From: Betaproteobacteria bacterium
Lineage (GTDB): Bacteria > Pseudomonadota > Gammaproteobacteria > Burkholderiales > SG8-41
DNA length: 58,660 nucleotides
Assembly: GCA_052386775.1 (NCBI GenBank)
Contig: JBQTJV010000044.1
Location: 1 to 58,660, forward strand
Direction of reading: 5' to 3'
Positions within the stretch are counted from its first letter, which is position 1. Each line of letters opens with the position of its first letter. The notes beneath the pieces were generated by a model. That model worked only from the letters and a program-made list of their open reading frames with translations, was not told the origin of the DNA and ran no database searches. The position numbers and the translations under genes were made by a program. Below, piece by piece: positions 38,208-47,123 of this stretch.

Positions 38208-39164
38208 ATGGAAAACAAAGCCCATGCCCTGGCTGCCGGGGCGTTCGTGCTGCTGATCGGCGGCATGCTGGTTGCGATGGCGATCTGGCTCACGCGCGAC
38301 ACGGCGGTGCGCCACCTCTACGAGGTGTCCACGCGTGAAGCCGTCTCGGGATTGCAACCGCAGGCCGCGGTGCGCTACCGTGGCATCGAGGTCGGCAAGG
38401 TCGTGCACATCGGCTTCGATCCGCAGACCACCGGCAACGTGCTGGTGCGCCTCGCGGTCGATGACCGGGCGCCGATCACCAAGTCCACTTTTGCGACGCT
38501 GGGGTACCAGGGCGTGACCGGACTGGCATTCGTGCAGCTCGACGACGACGGGGAATCGCGTGAACGCATCGCCGGCGATGTCGGGAATCCACCGCGCATT
38601 CCCATGCGGCCGAGCCTTTTCAGCAAGCTCACGGATCAGGGCGCAGCGATCCTGACACAGGTGCAGGAGACGATGGTGCAGGCCGAAGAAACCATGGCGC
38701 GCGTCTCGGAGCTGCTCAGTGCGGAAAATCAGCGAACGCTGGTGACTACGGTCGCCGGTCTCGGCACGGCGGCGGAAGGGTTTCACAAGGCAGCCGGCAA
38801 TGTCGATCAGCTCAGCGCGGATGCACGCAAAGTCTTCCGCGAGCTGGGAACGACGTCCGGAGAAATCACCAAGACGGCCGTTGAAATGAAAACCACGGCG
38901 GCGGACTTCGGAAAATCGATGCAGCGCATCAGCGACAGGTTCGACACTACCGCGGACGCGGTCGTCTCCGCCGCCAACCAATTCAATGCCACAACGCTGC
39001 CGCGCCTGCACCGCGCGAGCGACGATACGTCAGCGACCATGCGCCAGGCGACGAACGTGTTCAGCGCCTTCAACGACAATCCGCAGTCGCTGATTTTCGG
39101 CAGCGGCCCGATTCCGCCGGGACCCGGCGAGCCGGGCTTCGCGTCACCGGGGAGAACGCGTTGA
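38208..39164 (+). CDS. MlaD/MCE family protein
   Basis: N-terminal TM anchor plus MCE domain (VRYRGIEVGKVVHI). Confidence 0.85.
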   Translation: MENKAHALAAGAFVLLIGGMLVAMAIWLTRDTAVRHLYEVSTREAVSGLQPQAAVRYRGIEVGKVVHIGFDPQTTGNVLVRLAVDDRAPITKSTFATLGYQGVTGLAFVQLDDDGESRERIAGDVGNPPRIPMRPSLFSKLTDQGAAILTQVQETMVQAEETMARVSELLSAENQRTLVTTVAGLGTAAEGFHKAAGNVDQLSADARKVFRELGTTSGEITKTAVEMKTTAADFGKSMQRISDRFDTTADAVVSAANQFNATTLPRLHRASDDTSATMRQATNVFSAFNDNPQSLIFGSGPIPPGPGEPGFASPGRTR

Positions 39165-39769
39165 ACCGCCGCGGGCTGCTGGGGCTGGTTGCATCCCTCG
39201 CCGCCGGCTGCGGCGCGTTACCGACAGCGCCGGTGCGTCCCGCGGTGTACGATTTCGGGCCCGGCCCGCTGAGTGCCCCGGCGGCGAACAATCCCGCCCT
39301 GCCGACGCTCTTGCTGCAGGAGCTTCGTGCGCCGCCCGTTCTCGACAATCCTGCGGTGCTCTACCGTCTCGCCTACGCCGACGCACGGCAGCTCAGGCCG
39401 TACGCGAACGCGCGGTGGAGCATGCCGCCCGCGCAACTCGTGCGGCAGCGGCTGCGCGACGCGCTGGGCGTTGCGCGTGCAGTGCTGGATGCGGGCGAGA
39501 GCGCGGCGCCGTTCACGCTGCGCGTCGAGTTGCAGGAATTCAGCCAGCTTTTCGACAGCGAGCAGGCGAGCAGCGGGCTCGTGCGGCTGAACGCGACGCT
39601 GCTCGAGACCAAGGGCGGCGCTGACCGCCTCGTCGCACAGCGTGTCTTCGTAACCCAGCGCCCCGCCCTCACCCCCGATGCGCCGGGCGGCGTACGCGCG
39701 CTGATATCTGCCACGGATGCCGCCGTGGAAGAAATCGGTGCGTGGCTGCGGCAGCACGCAGCGAAATAG
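39161..39769 (+). CDS. ABC-type transport auxiliary lipoprotein (DUF330 / PqiC-like)
   Basis: TTG start overlapping the MlaD stop (TTGA). Lipobox LAAGC. Position directly after the MCE gene. Confidence 0.75.
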   Translation: MNRRGLLGLVASLAAGCGALPTAPVRPAVYDFGPGPLSAPAANNPALPTLLLQELRAPPVLDNPAVLYRLAYADARQLRPYANARWSMPPAQLVRQRLRDALGVARAVLDAGESAAPFTLRVELQEFSQLFDSEQASSGLVRLNATLLETKGGADRLVAQRVFVTQRPALTPDAPGGVRALISATDAAVEEIGAWLRQHAAK

Positions 39770-39780
39770 CTCACGTTTCG

Positions 39781-40374
39781 ATGACGCTTATCGAGGAGGA
39801 GCTGCAGGCGGAAGGGCTGGAAGTCGTCGGCTCGTGTCGCGGCTTTGCCATGGAGAACGAGGCGTTGCTGCGCCATTCGGCGCTGCTCGATAACTTCAGC
39901 ATCGAGGAAGCCGAGGCGCTCGGCGGCGTCATGCTTCGCATGCGCGCGCAGCCCGGCCAGACGCTGATCCGTGAAGGCGCAACGGGATTGTGGATGCTGC
40001 TGCTGCTGAGCGGCACGGTTGACGTGACAAAAGTTTCCGCGCGAGGCACGACCTCGCGGCTCGCCGTCATCAAGAGCGGCGCTTCGATCGGCGAAATGTC
40101 GATGCTCGACGGCGCGCCGCGCTACGCCACCTGTTCCGCCATCGAGCGGGTGGAGGCCGGCGTGCTCACCCGGCCGGCGATTGAGCAGCTCATCCGCGAG
40201 CATCCTGCAGTCGGCGCGAAGCTGCTCGTGAAGCTGACGCAACTTCTCGCCCAGCGCCTGCGCAACACCAGCAACGAACTGGTGCGGGTACGCGCCGGCG
40301 CCGCGCCGGACGCGCCCGCGGCGCTGAAGGCGCGGCTCAAGCGTCGCGCGACCGACTGGGATTCCTACCGTTAA
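39781..40374 (+). CDS. stand-alone cyclic nucleotide-binding domain protein
   Basis: cNMP-binding cassette: GQTLIREGATG...GASIGEMSMLDGAPRYATCSA. Confidence 0.75.
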   Translation: MTLIEEELQAEGLEVVGSCRGFAMENEALLRHSALLDNFSIEEAEALGGVMLRMRAQPGQTLIREGATGLWMLLLLSGTVDVTKVSARGTTSRLAVIKSGASIGEMSMLDGAPRYATCSAIERVEAGVLTRPAIEQLIREHPAVGAKLLVKLTQLLAQRLRNTSNELVRVRAGAAPDAPAALKARLKRRATDWDSYR

Positions 40375-40482
40375 GACTGTCGCATATTGGCGACGGCACG
40401 ACCGCCTCGACAGCGCTTTCCGTCATGACAGGTGGTTGAACCAAAGCTCCTCCCCACGGGTCCCACGATAGTCGTGCGGCCG

Positions 40483-40502
40483 CATGGCTCGATCGAGCCA
40501 TG
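40483..40502. promoter_or_regulatory. perfect 20-bp palindrome CATGGCTCGATCGAGCCATG upstream of the DUF1328 gene
   Basis: Read directly. The halves 40483-40492 and 40493-40502 are exact reverse complements. It lies 43 nt upstream of the ATG at 40545. Confidence 0.4.
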
Positions 40503-40544
40503 AGCAGTAGCCACTCTCGATTCATCACCATCGGAGGACTCAAT

Positions 40545-40709
40545 ATGCTTTCGTGGGCCGTAACTTTTTTCATCATCGCGCTTATTGCAGCCTTGCTCGG
40601 GTTCACCGGAATCGCCGGTACCGCGGTCAACATCGCGTGGATTCTGGCCGTCATCGGGATCGTGCTCGCGCTGGTGTTTTTCGTGATGGGCCGCCGCCCG
40701 CCGGTATAG
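40545..40709 (+). CDS. DUF1328 (UPF0391, YtjA-like) small membrane protein
   Basis: 54 aa. [25 protein letters not shown] is the canonical family N-terminus. GGAGGA Shine-Dalgarno 7 nt upstream. Confidence 0.8.
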   Translation: MLSWAVTFFIIALIAALLGFTGIAGTAVNIAWILAVIGIVLALVFFVMGRRPPV

Positions 40710-40736
40710 ACCGCGCATTGCCAGCAACGTCTGCGT

Positions 40737-40759
40737 CTGCGGAGCGAAGTGCTCCGCGG
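40737..40759 (+). terminator. possible terminator hairpin after the DUF1328 gene
   Basis: CTGCGGAGC-gaagt-GCTCCGCGG stem-loop. Only a weak, displaced T/C-rich tract (CTTTCTCTC) follows. Confidence 0.3.
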
Positions 40760-40846
40760 GCGCGGCTTTCTCTCATGTACGGGCCGCTGTCTGCAATCGA
40801 TCCGTAACAACCGTCTCTCCGCCGTTCCCCCGTCACACAAAGCAAC

Positions 40847-41743
40847 GTGAGCCTGTGGTCCCGTCTCATGGAAGGACTGCGCCGCATCCGCGACGCCGTC
40901 CCCGGACTGCGGGTTTTCGTGTTTGCGTGTCTGAACTACGTGCGCCATCAGAGCGCCAACCAGGCGGGCAGCGTCGCCTTCTCGGCCGTGCTCGCGTCCT
41001 GCCCGCTGCTCCTGTTTCTGTCCGCAGCCGCCGCCTACATCGGCCAGCCCGGTGCCGCAGCGGATCTGGCGAACCGGGTGCTGTCCTTTGCACCGCCGGC
41101 CGTCGCCGACACCCTGACGCCGGTGGTTGACGAAGTGCTGAGCCAGCGCAATCGGGCACTGCTGACGGTAGGAGTCTTCTTCACCATCTGGGCGGCTTCC
41201 TCGGGAATCCAGGCGATCCGCACCGCGCTCAACAAGGCCTACGGCGTCGAACAAGGCCTCGCATTCTGGAGCGCGCGCCTCAAGGTCATCCTCTTTACCG
41301 TGATCGGCACGGTGGGGACGCTGCTCGCCTTCGCTTCCATCGTCGTCATGCCGTACGTGTGGATCGCGCTCGACGAGGCCGTCGGCGGCGGCCCTGAAGA
41401 AGCGTTGGCGCGCGACAGCGTCCGCTACGGATTGGCATTCGTACTGCTGACGGCGCTGTACGCCCTGATGTACGGCTGGCTCCCCGATATCCGCCAGCGA
41501 CTGCGCACGGTCTTGCCCGGGGCGCTCGTCGGCGCGCTGCTGTGGCTCGGCGCCGCAACCCTGCTCTCCTATACGCTCCGGAGTCTGGGCAAGCTCGCGC
41601 TTGTCTACGGCAGCTTCGCCGGATTGGTGGCGACGCTGGTCTTCCTCTACGTGAGCGCAGTCACCCTCATCTTTGGCGCCGAGGTGAACGGCGTGCTGCG
41701 AAACGGCGCGACCGCGAAGCTTCGGCCCTCGTCCCAACCGTAA
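40847..41743 (+). CDS. YihY/BrkB family inner membrane protein
   Basis: GTG start. AGSVAFSAVLASCPLLLFL and a six-TM profile typical of the YihY family. Confidence 0.85.
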   Translation: MSLWSRLMEGLRRIRDAVPGLRVFVFACLNYVRHQSANQAGSVAFSAVLASCPLLLFLSAAAAYIGQPGAAADLANRVLSFAPPAVADTLTPVVDEVLSQRNRALLTVGVFFTIWAASSGIQAIRTALNKAYGVEQGLAFWSARLKVILFTVIGTVGTLLAFASIVVMPYVWIALDEAVGGGPEEALARDSVRYGLAFVLLTALYALMYGWLPDIRQRLRTVLPGALVGALLWLGAATLLSYTLRSLGKLALVYGSFAGLVATLVFLYVSAVTLIFGAEVNGVLRNGATAKLRPSSQP

Positions 41744-41805
41744 GGGCCAACGTCGGCTCATGCGCCGGGTGGTATCCTCTTGCCTCATTTTGAGGAGCGA
41801 GGTGC

Positions 41806-42963
41806 ATGCTGACAGGTACCGTGCAATGGATGGCGCAGGAACGGGTGATACATGGCCAGCCCGTCGCGGAAGCGGTTCGCGCCGAAATCGAGCGCCTGGG
41901 CGTAAAACGTGCGCTCCTGCTCACCACCCGCTCGCTCACGAACGGCAAGCTCATCCGCGAAGTGACCTCGGCGCTCGGCGATCGCTGCGTCGGAAAGTTC
42001 GATGCGATACGCGCGCATTCGCCGCGCGAAGCGGTGATCGGCGGCGCCGCGCTGGCGCGCAAGCTGGACGCGGACCACCTGCTCGCCATCGGCGGCGGGT
42101 CCGTCACCGACGCGACCAAGACCATGCTGCTTGCCCTGTGGCGCGGCATACGCGACGTGGATGGCCTCATGTCGCTCGCGTCCAAACGCGGCGCGCCGGC
42201 ACTGAAGGTGCTCGATTCCGACACGATACGAATGACCGCAGTGCCAACCACCCTCTCCGCCGCCGAATTCAGCAGCAGCGCCGGCGTGACCGACACCGAG
42301 CGCAAGGTGAAGCTCTCCTTCAATCATCCGCTCATGGCGCCGGTCACCGCCATACTCGATCCTGCGGCGACTCTGGAAACGCCGATGGAGCTCCTGCTGT
42401 CCACGGGCATGCGTGCCATGGATCACGCGGTCGAACGCTGGTGCTCGATCCGCCCGCATCCCCTCGGGGACGGGCTCGCGCTGCAGGCAATGGGCATGCT
42501 CGCCACGCATCTCCCCGCCATTCGGGCGCGCCCTGAAGACCTGGAGCCGCGCCTCGAATGCCAGCTCGCGGCCTGGCTCACGCAGGTATCGGCCACGCCC
42601 GGCGTGCCGAACGGCGCCAGCCACGGCATCGGCTACATACTGGGCGGCTACGCCGGCATTCCGCACGGCATCACGTCCTGCATCTCGCTCGCCGCCACGC
42701 TGCAGTGGAATGAACCCGTCAATGCCGAGCGGCAGCGCGCAGTCGCGGACAAGTTGGGGCGCCCCGGCATCCGCGCATGCGACGCAATGCGGGATTTCGT
42801 GAAATCACTGGGGCTGCCGACCCGCCTCAGCGAAATCGGCATCACCGCAGACCGCATCCCGGAACTCGCGCGGCAGTACGACGGCACCGGGCCGATCGCG
42901 ACCAATCCGCGGCCCGTACGGGGCGCAGACGATCTTGAGGAGATATTGCGGCTCGCCGCTTAG
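41806..42963 (+). CDS. iron-containing alcohol dehydrogenase family, maleylacetate reductase-like
   Basis: LLAIGGGSVTDATK glycine motif, family length, and metal-binding His region (GASHGIGY). Confidence 0.8.
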   Translation: MLTGTVQWMAQERVIHGQPVAEAVRAEIERLGVKRALLLTTRSLTNGKLIREVTSALGDRCVGKFDAIRAHSPREAVIGGAALARKLDADHLLAIGGGSVTDATKTMLLALWRGIRDVDGLMSLASKRGAPALKVLDSDTIRMTAVPTTLSAAEFSSSAGVTDTERKVKLSFNHPLMAPVTAILDPAATLETPMELLLSTGMRAMDHAVERWCSIRPHPLGDGLALQAMGMLATHLPAIRARPEDLEPRLECQLAAWLTQVSATPGVPNGASHGIGYILGGYAGIPHGITSCISLAATLQWNEPVNAERQRAVADKLGRPGIRACDAMRDFVKSLGLPTRLSEIGITADRIPELARQYDGTGPIATNPRPVRGADDLEEILRLAA

Positions 42964-43194
42964 CCGCACCGCACCAATCGGCAGTCTTCCCACTTCCGGA
43001 GCGACCCACCACGGCCCGTGGCTGCTGCGCGTCCGATCCCTTGTACGTAGGACAAAGAACGACTGTCCGGCAAGCAGCCCGTTCCAGCGCGCCGCGCCAA
43101 GCACCTCCACAAGGACCATGCCCTCATCGAATAATTACGCATACCTAGCACAATAATCGGCGGCATACAAAAGAAGCAGTGTCCGGAGGGATAC

Positions 43195-44022
43195 ATGAGC
43201 ATCGAGGCCCTGAGGGTCCAAGGCGGAAGCACCGCCGCATTTCTGCGCGATATCGGTGTGCCAGACCTGGCGCCCGCGACCCATCCTTTCGACCCGGGGT
43301 ATGACCCGGGAACCGTCCTGAGTCACATCAAGCAGTCCGGCCACCTCATGGCGAGCCTCAAGATCTCGATGGCATGCTGGCTGGTCGGGGCCGAAAAATC
43401 GTACCGGGAAAAGATCGCTTACGCTCGCCAGCAGGGTATTCCCACGGTTACCGGTGGCGGGCCGTTCGAGATCGCCGTGGCACTCGACAGGCTCGATCCC
43501 TATCTCGAACTCTGCGCCGATATGGGAGTCGATCGCATTGAGGCAGGTCAGGGATTTACCGATATGCAGCTCAGCCCCGAGCACGTGGCGCGCCGTGCTG
43601 CCGCGGTGGGGCTCGAGATGCAATTCGAGCTCGGCAAGAAGCACGCCGGCGCTTTCGGTGAGGACACGGTCGGCGGCCTGATCGAGCAAGGCAAAGCGTG
43701 GCGGGACGCCGGCGCCGTGCATCTCGTCATCGAAGCGCGGGAAAGCGGCGCGGGCGTGGGTGTATTCGATGACGCAGGACGCCTCAACGCCCAGGCGGCC
43801 GACCGTTTCGCCCACGCGTTCGGGCTGGACTGCGTCGTTTTCGAGGCGCCGAACAAGCCGAGCCAGTTCGCCCTTCTGCGGCATTTTGGCGACCGCGTCG
43901 CCCTGTCGAATGTTCGGCTGGAAGAGCTGCTGCGCGTGGAAATTTTCCGGCGCGGGCTGCACTCCGATGCTTTCGACGTGGAGGTTTTTCGCAAGCGCAT
44001 CGGCGCCGCAACCACCTCTTGA
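43195..44022 (+). CDS. comA: (2R)-phospho-3-sulfolactate synthase (ComA) family protein
   Basis: LKISMACWLV..., GIPTVTGGGPFEIA, VDRIEAGQGF, FELGKK, VIEARESGAGVGVFD, VFEAPNKPSQFALLRHFG and LLRVEIFRRGLHSD follow the conserved blocks of the ComA family (PF02679), as recalled from memory. Confidence 0.85.
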   Translation: MSIEALRVQGGSTAAFLRDIGVPDLAPATHPFDPGYDPGTVLSHIKQSGHLMASLKISMACWLVGAEKSYREKIAYARQQGIPTVTGGGPFEIAVALDRLDPYLELCADMGVDRIEAGQGFTDMQLSPEHVARRAAAVGLEMQFELGKKHAGAFGEDTVGGLIEQGKAWRDAGAVHLVIEARESGAGVGVFDDAGRLNAQAADRFAHAFGLDCVVFEAPNKPSQFALLRHFGDRVALSNVRLEELLRVEIFRRGLHSDAFDVEVFRKRIGAATTS

Positions 44023-44034
44023 CGCAGAGGAACC

Positions 44035-45291
44035 GTGGATACGCTTGCATGGCAGGCGGAAGCAGGACAAAGCTTCGATCCCTCTGTTCCGGTGCTGGTG
44101 CTCAAGATGCATCACGGAAGTCTGGGCATTGCGCGCAGCCTCGGACGGCTTGGTGTGGCAGTTTACGGACTCACCGCTGGCCCGCGCTCGTGGGCAGCCA
44201 GTTCCCGCTACTGGCGGGCCTGCTACGACTGGGATGTCGAGAACAGTCCGCCGCAGCGCTCGGTTGAGTTCTTGCTGGAGTTGGGGCGCCGCCTCGGCTC
44301 GATGCCTCTCCTGATTCCCGTTTCCGATCACACGGCCCTGTTCGTCGCCGGACACCGCGCGGCCTTGCGCACCGCATTCCGTCTCCCGGATCTGTCCCAC
44401 GAACTGGCCCTGAGCCTGGCCAGCAAGAAGGAGATGTACTTTCTTGCGAAGCGCTGCGGCATTCCAACTCCTGAAACGCTTTTTCCCCAATCGCGCCAGG
44501 ATTTGATCGGCCTTTTGGACAGGATCCGTTTCCCGGTGCTGCTGAAGGGCATCGACGGGCCACGACTGCAGACGCACACCGGTCGAACCATGATCATCGT
44601 GCGCACCGTCTCAGAATTGCTCGAGCACTACGACCTGATGGAGGAACCGGCCAACCCGAATCTGATGCTGCAGGAATACATCCCCGGTGGAGAGGACAGC
44701 GTGTGGATGTTCAATGGCTACTTTGACCAGAACAGTCGCTGTCTAGCCGCCTTCACTGGGAAGAAGATACGGCAGACACCGGCGTACACCGGCTCGACGT
44801 CGCTCGGCATCATGCTGCATAACCCCGCCGTTTCCGCAACGACCATGGCTTTCATGAAGGAGATCGGATACCGGGGCATCCTCGATATCGGCTACCGTTA
44901 CGACGCGCGCGATGGGCAGTACAAAGTGCTGGACGTCAATCCCCGCATCGGATCCACCTTCCGTCTTTTCGTCGATCGGAATGGCATGGACGTGGTGCGG
45001 GTCCTGTATCGAGATCTCACCAGGCAGCCCATCCCGGAGGTCCGCCCGTTGGAGGGCCGAAAGTGGATCGTCGAAGACCAGGACCTCTGGTCATCCCGGC
45101 GCTACTGGAACGACGGGAAACTGAGCCTCGGTCAGTGGCTCGCGTCGTTCAGGGGTATCCGCGAAGGCGCCTGGTTTGCCTGGGACGATCTGCGCCCCTT
45201 CATGCTGCTCTGCCGGAGCATGGGAGCAATTTGCATGCGCTGGATGCGCCGCAAGTTCGCCATGCGAGCGCGGCAAAGCACCGCGTTCTGA
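44035..45291 (+). CDS. ATP-grasp domain protein (COG3919-like carboxylate-amine ligase)
   Basis: GTG start with AGAGGA Shine-Dalgarno. SKKEMYFLAKRCGIPTP, FPVLLKGIDG, LMLQEYIPGGEDSVW and VLDVNPRIGSTF are ATP-grasp hallmarks. Confidence 0.8.
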   Translation: MDTLAWQAEAGQSFDPSVPVLVLKMHHGSLGIARSLGRLGVAVYGLTAGPRSWAASSRYWRACYDWDVENSPPQRSVEFLLELGRRLGSMPLLIPVSDHTALFVAGHRAALRTAFRLPDLSHELALSLASKKEMYFLAKRCGIPTPETLFPQSRQDLIGLLDRIRFPVLLKGIDGPRLQTHTGRTMIIVRTVSELLEHYDLMEEPANPNLMLQEYIPGGEDSVWMFNGYFDQNSRCLAAFTGKKIRQTPAYTGSTSLGIMLHNPAVSATTMAFMKEIGYRGILDIGYRYDARDGQYKVLDVNPRIGSTFRLFVDRNGMDVVRVLYRDLTRQPIPEVRPLEGRKWIVEDQDLWSSRRYWNDGKLSLGQWLASFRGIREGAWFAWDDLRPFMLLCRSMGAICMRWMRRKFAMRARQSTAF

Positions 45292-45292
45292 C

Positions 45293-46411
45293 GTGGCAGA
45301 CCTGTCGCTTCCTGCGAAATGCCGTGCGCTGGGATTCAGCGCCTACCGGCTCCGGTGGAGGCTGGAGCGCGCGGCGCACAATTTGTTAGGGCGCACGCGC
45401 ACCACCTACCTCGACCAACGCGTTGCCGAGTATCGGATGTACTGGGAAGCAGCGGCACAGAACCTCGGCGCGACGTTTCATCCCCTGTGCCACGACATCT
45501 GGGAGGTGCGCAGAGGCAGTGAACACACCCGCATTGCCAATTACCTGGTGCAGATGGACGACCCGGTGACGCTCCGCATTGCCGCGGAAAAACCCTACTG
45601 CTGCGAGCTTGCCAGGCGCTTTGGCATACCCACAGCACCGCATCAGGTCTTCGCGCCGAGCGATCTTGAATCCGCGCGGCGATTCATGAACGCCGATACC
45701 GGGCCTTTCGTCGTGAAACCGGCGAACCGTTCAGCGGGAGTCGGCGTGACAATGCACGTTCACACGGGGCACGAACTGCAGCGCGCCGCGGCCCTCGCTT
45801 CGCTCTACAGCGACAAGTTCATGATCGAGCGCATGGTGCCGGCCGAATCGTGCCGCCTCCTGTATCTCGACGGCGAGTTTATCCACGCGGTCCGGCGCAG
45901 GGGCGTGCACGTGGTCGGCGACGGAAGATCGAGCGTTCGGGCGCTGCTCGCCCGCGCGGGACGGGCAGATCTTGCATCCGACCCGTTGACGCTCTGCACC
46001 CTCTCAGCACAGGGCATGCTGCCGGACAGCGTCCCGCCCGACGGAGTGGAAACGGTCGCCCGCTATCTTCCGGCCGATCAGCCGCGCACCGTCGAACTGC
46101 GCACGGTCTACACCGAATGCATCACCGAAATGGTCTGCCATGAGCTTGCGCGCTCGCTGGTGCCGCTCATCGAGGCGATCGGCAGCCGTTTTGCGGGGGT
46201 GGACGTGCTTACCAACGATCCGGGCATGCCGCTCGCCGAAAGCGGCGGCGTGTTCCTCGAAGTGAACACAACCCCTGCCATGCACCATCACTATATCGGC
46301 GGAGAAGGCTCCGCCATCGCGGAGCGCATACTGCGCCGCCTGCTAGAGGAGAGCTGTCATGAACAGCGTCGTGATCGATTTCCTGCCGCAGAACGTAGAG
46401 CGTTACCGTGA
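45293..46411 (+). CDS. ATP-grasp ligase resembling the N-terminal ATP-grasp module of cyanophycin synthetase / RimK-type ligases
   Basis: AEKPYCCELARRFGIPTAP, FVVKPANRSAGVGV, ERMVPAESCRLLYLDGEFIHAVRRRGVHVVGDGRSSVRALL, LEVNTTPAMHHH. The proposed GTG start at 45293, 1 nt after the upstream stop, is uncertain. Confidence 0.7.
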   Translation: MADLSLPAKCRALGFSAYRLRWRLERAAHNLLGRTRTTYLDQRVAEYRMYWEAAAQNLGATFHPLCHDIWEVRRGSEHTRIANYLVQMDDPVTLRIAAEKPYCCELARRFGIPTAPHQVFAPSDLESARRFMNADTGPFVVKPANRSAGVGVTMHVHTGHELQRAAALASLYSDKFMIERMVPAESCRLLYLDGEFIHAVRRRGVHVVGDGRSSVRALLARAGRADLASDPLTLCTLSAQGMLPDSVPPDGVETVARYLPADQPRTVELRTVYTECITEMVCHELARSLVPLIEAIGSRFAGVDVLTNDPGMPLAESGGVFLEVNTTPAMHHHYIGGEGSAIAERILRRLLEESCHEQRRDRFPAAERRALP

Positions 46412-47123
46412 CGGCTATGCCATCGTCGCCGTAGACGTGATCCGCGCGACCACTACGCTGATGACCGCGCTATCGAGCGCCCGGCGCTGCTACGTGGCGG
46501 ACTCCGTGGAAAGCGCGCTCGCCTGCGCCGTGCGCTTCGACGGCGCTCTGCTGGCCGGGGAGATCAGAGGTGAAGTCCCACCTGGGTTCCATCTTTCCAA
46601 CAGCCCGGCCGCGCTCGCACGGCGCGCCGATGTGGGGCGTCCGATGGTGCTGATCTCCTCCTCGGGCACGCGGCTCCTTTGCAGCGCGCGGGGTTGCGAG
46701 GCAGTCTACATCGGCTGTTTCCGCAATCACCGTGCAGTGGCCGACCATATCTCCGGGCGCCACGCGCGGATCGCGGTTATCGGTGCCGGCACGCGCGGCG
46801 AGTTTCGCGAGGAGGACCAGATGTGCTGCGCCTGGATCGCGGCGCGACTGATCGATTGCGGATATCGCGCGGAGGCCGGCACCCTGGCGCTCGTATCCCG
46901 CTGGAAGGATGCTCCGGTGGAATCGTGCCTCGTCAGCAAGAGCGTCGACTACCTCACACGCTCGGGCCAGCTGGACGATCTCGAGTTCGTACTCTCGCAC
47001 GTGAACGATCTCGATCTCGTCGGCATGCTCGTTGAAGACGAGATTGTCGTTCCCGGACGGTCCCTTGAAGAGCGCCGCCAGGGCACGGCGCACGGGGCTG
47101 TGTCGGAGTGGACCGCGCACTGA
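46359..47123 (+). CDS. comB: 2-phosphosulfolactate phosphatase (ComB) family protein
   Basis: VAVDVIRATTT, LLAGEIRGEVPPGFHLSNSP and GEFREEDQMCCAWIA follow the conserved ComB blocks (PF04029), as recalled from memory. GAGGAGAG Shine-Dalgarno before the ATG. Confidence 0.8.
   Translation: MNSVVIDFLPQNVERYRDGYAIVAVDVIRATTTLMTALSSARRCYVADSVESALACAVRFDGALLAGEIRGEVPPGFHLSNSPAALARRADVGRPMVLISSSGTRLLCSARGCEAVYIGCFRNHRAVADHISGRHARIAVIGAGTRGEFREEDQMCCAWIAARLIDCGYRAEAGTLALVSRWKDAPVESCLVSKSVDYLTRSGQLDDLEFVLSHVNDLDLVGMLVEDEIVVPGRSLEERRQGTAHGAVSEWTAH

Noticed and set aside
40337-41788. 483-aa minus-strand ORF
   Set aside because: It is antisense to the DUF1328 and YihY genes, both of which have canonical family N-termini. 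The translation is low-complexity and Arg/Gly/Asp-rich.
43195-47123. ComA/ComB taken as a coenzyme M biosynthesis locus
   Set aside because: ComC, ComDE and the bacterial XcbC/D/E-type enzymes are absent from the operon, and no alkene or epoxide metabolism genes are nearby. The ATP-grasp and CapA content points to a different, unassigned fate for sulfolactate.
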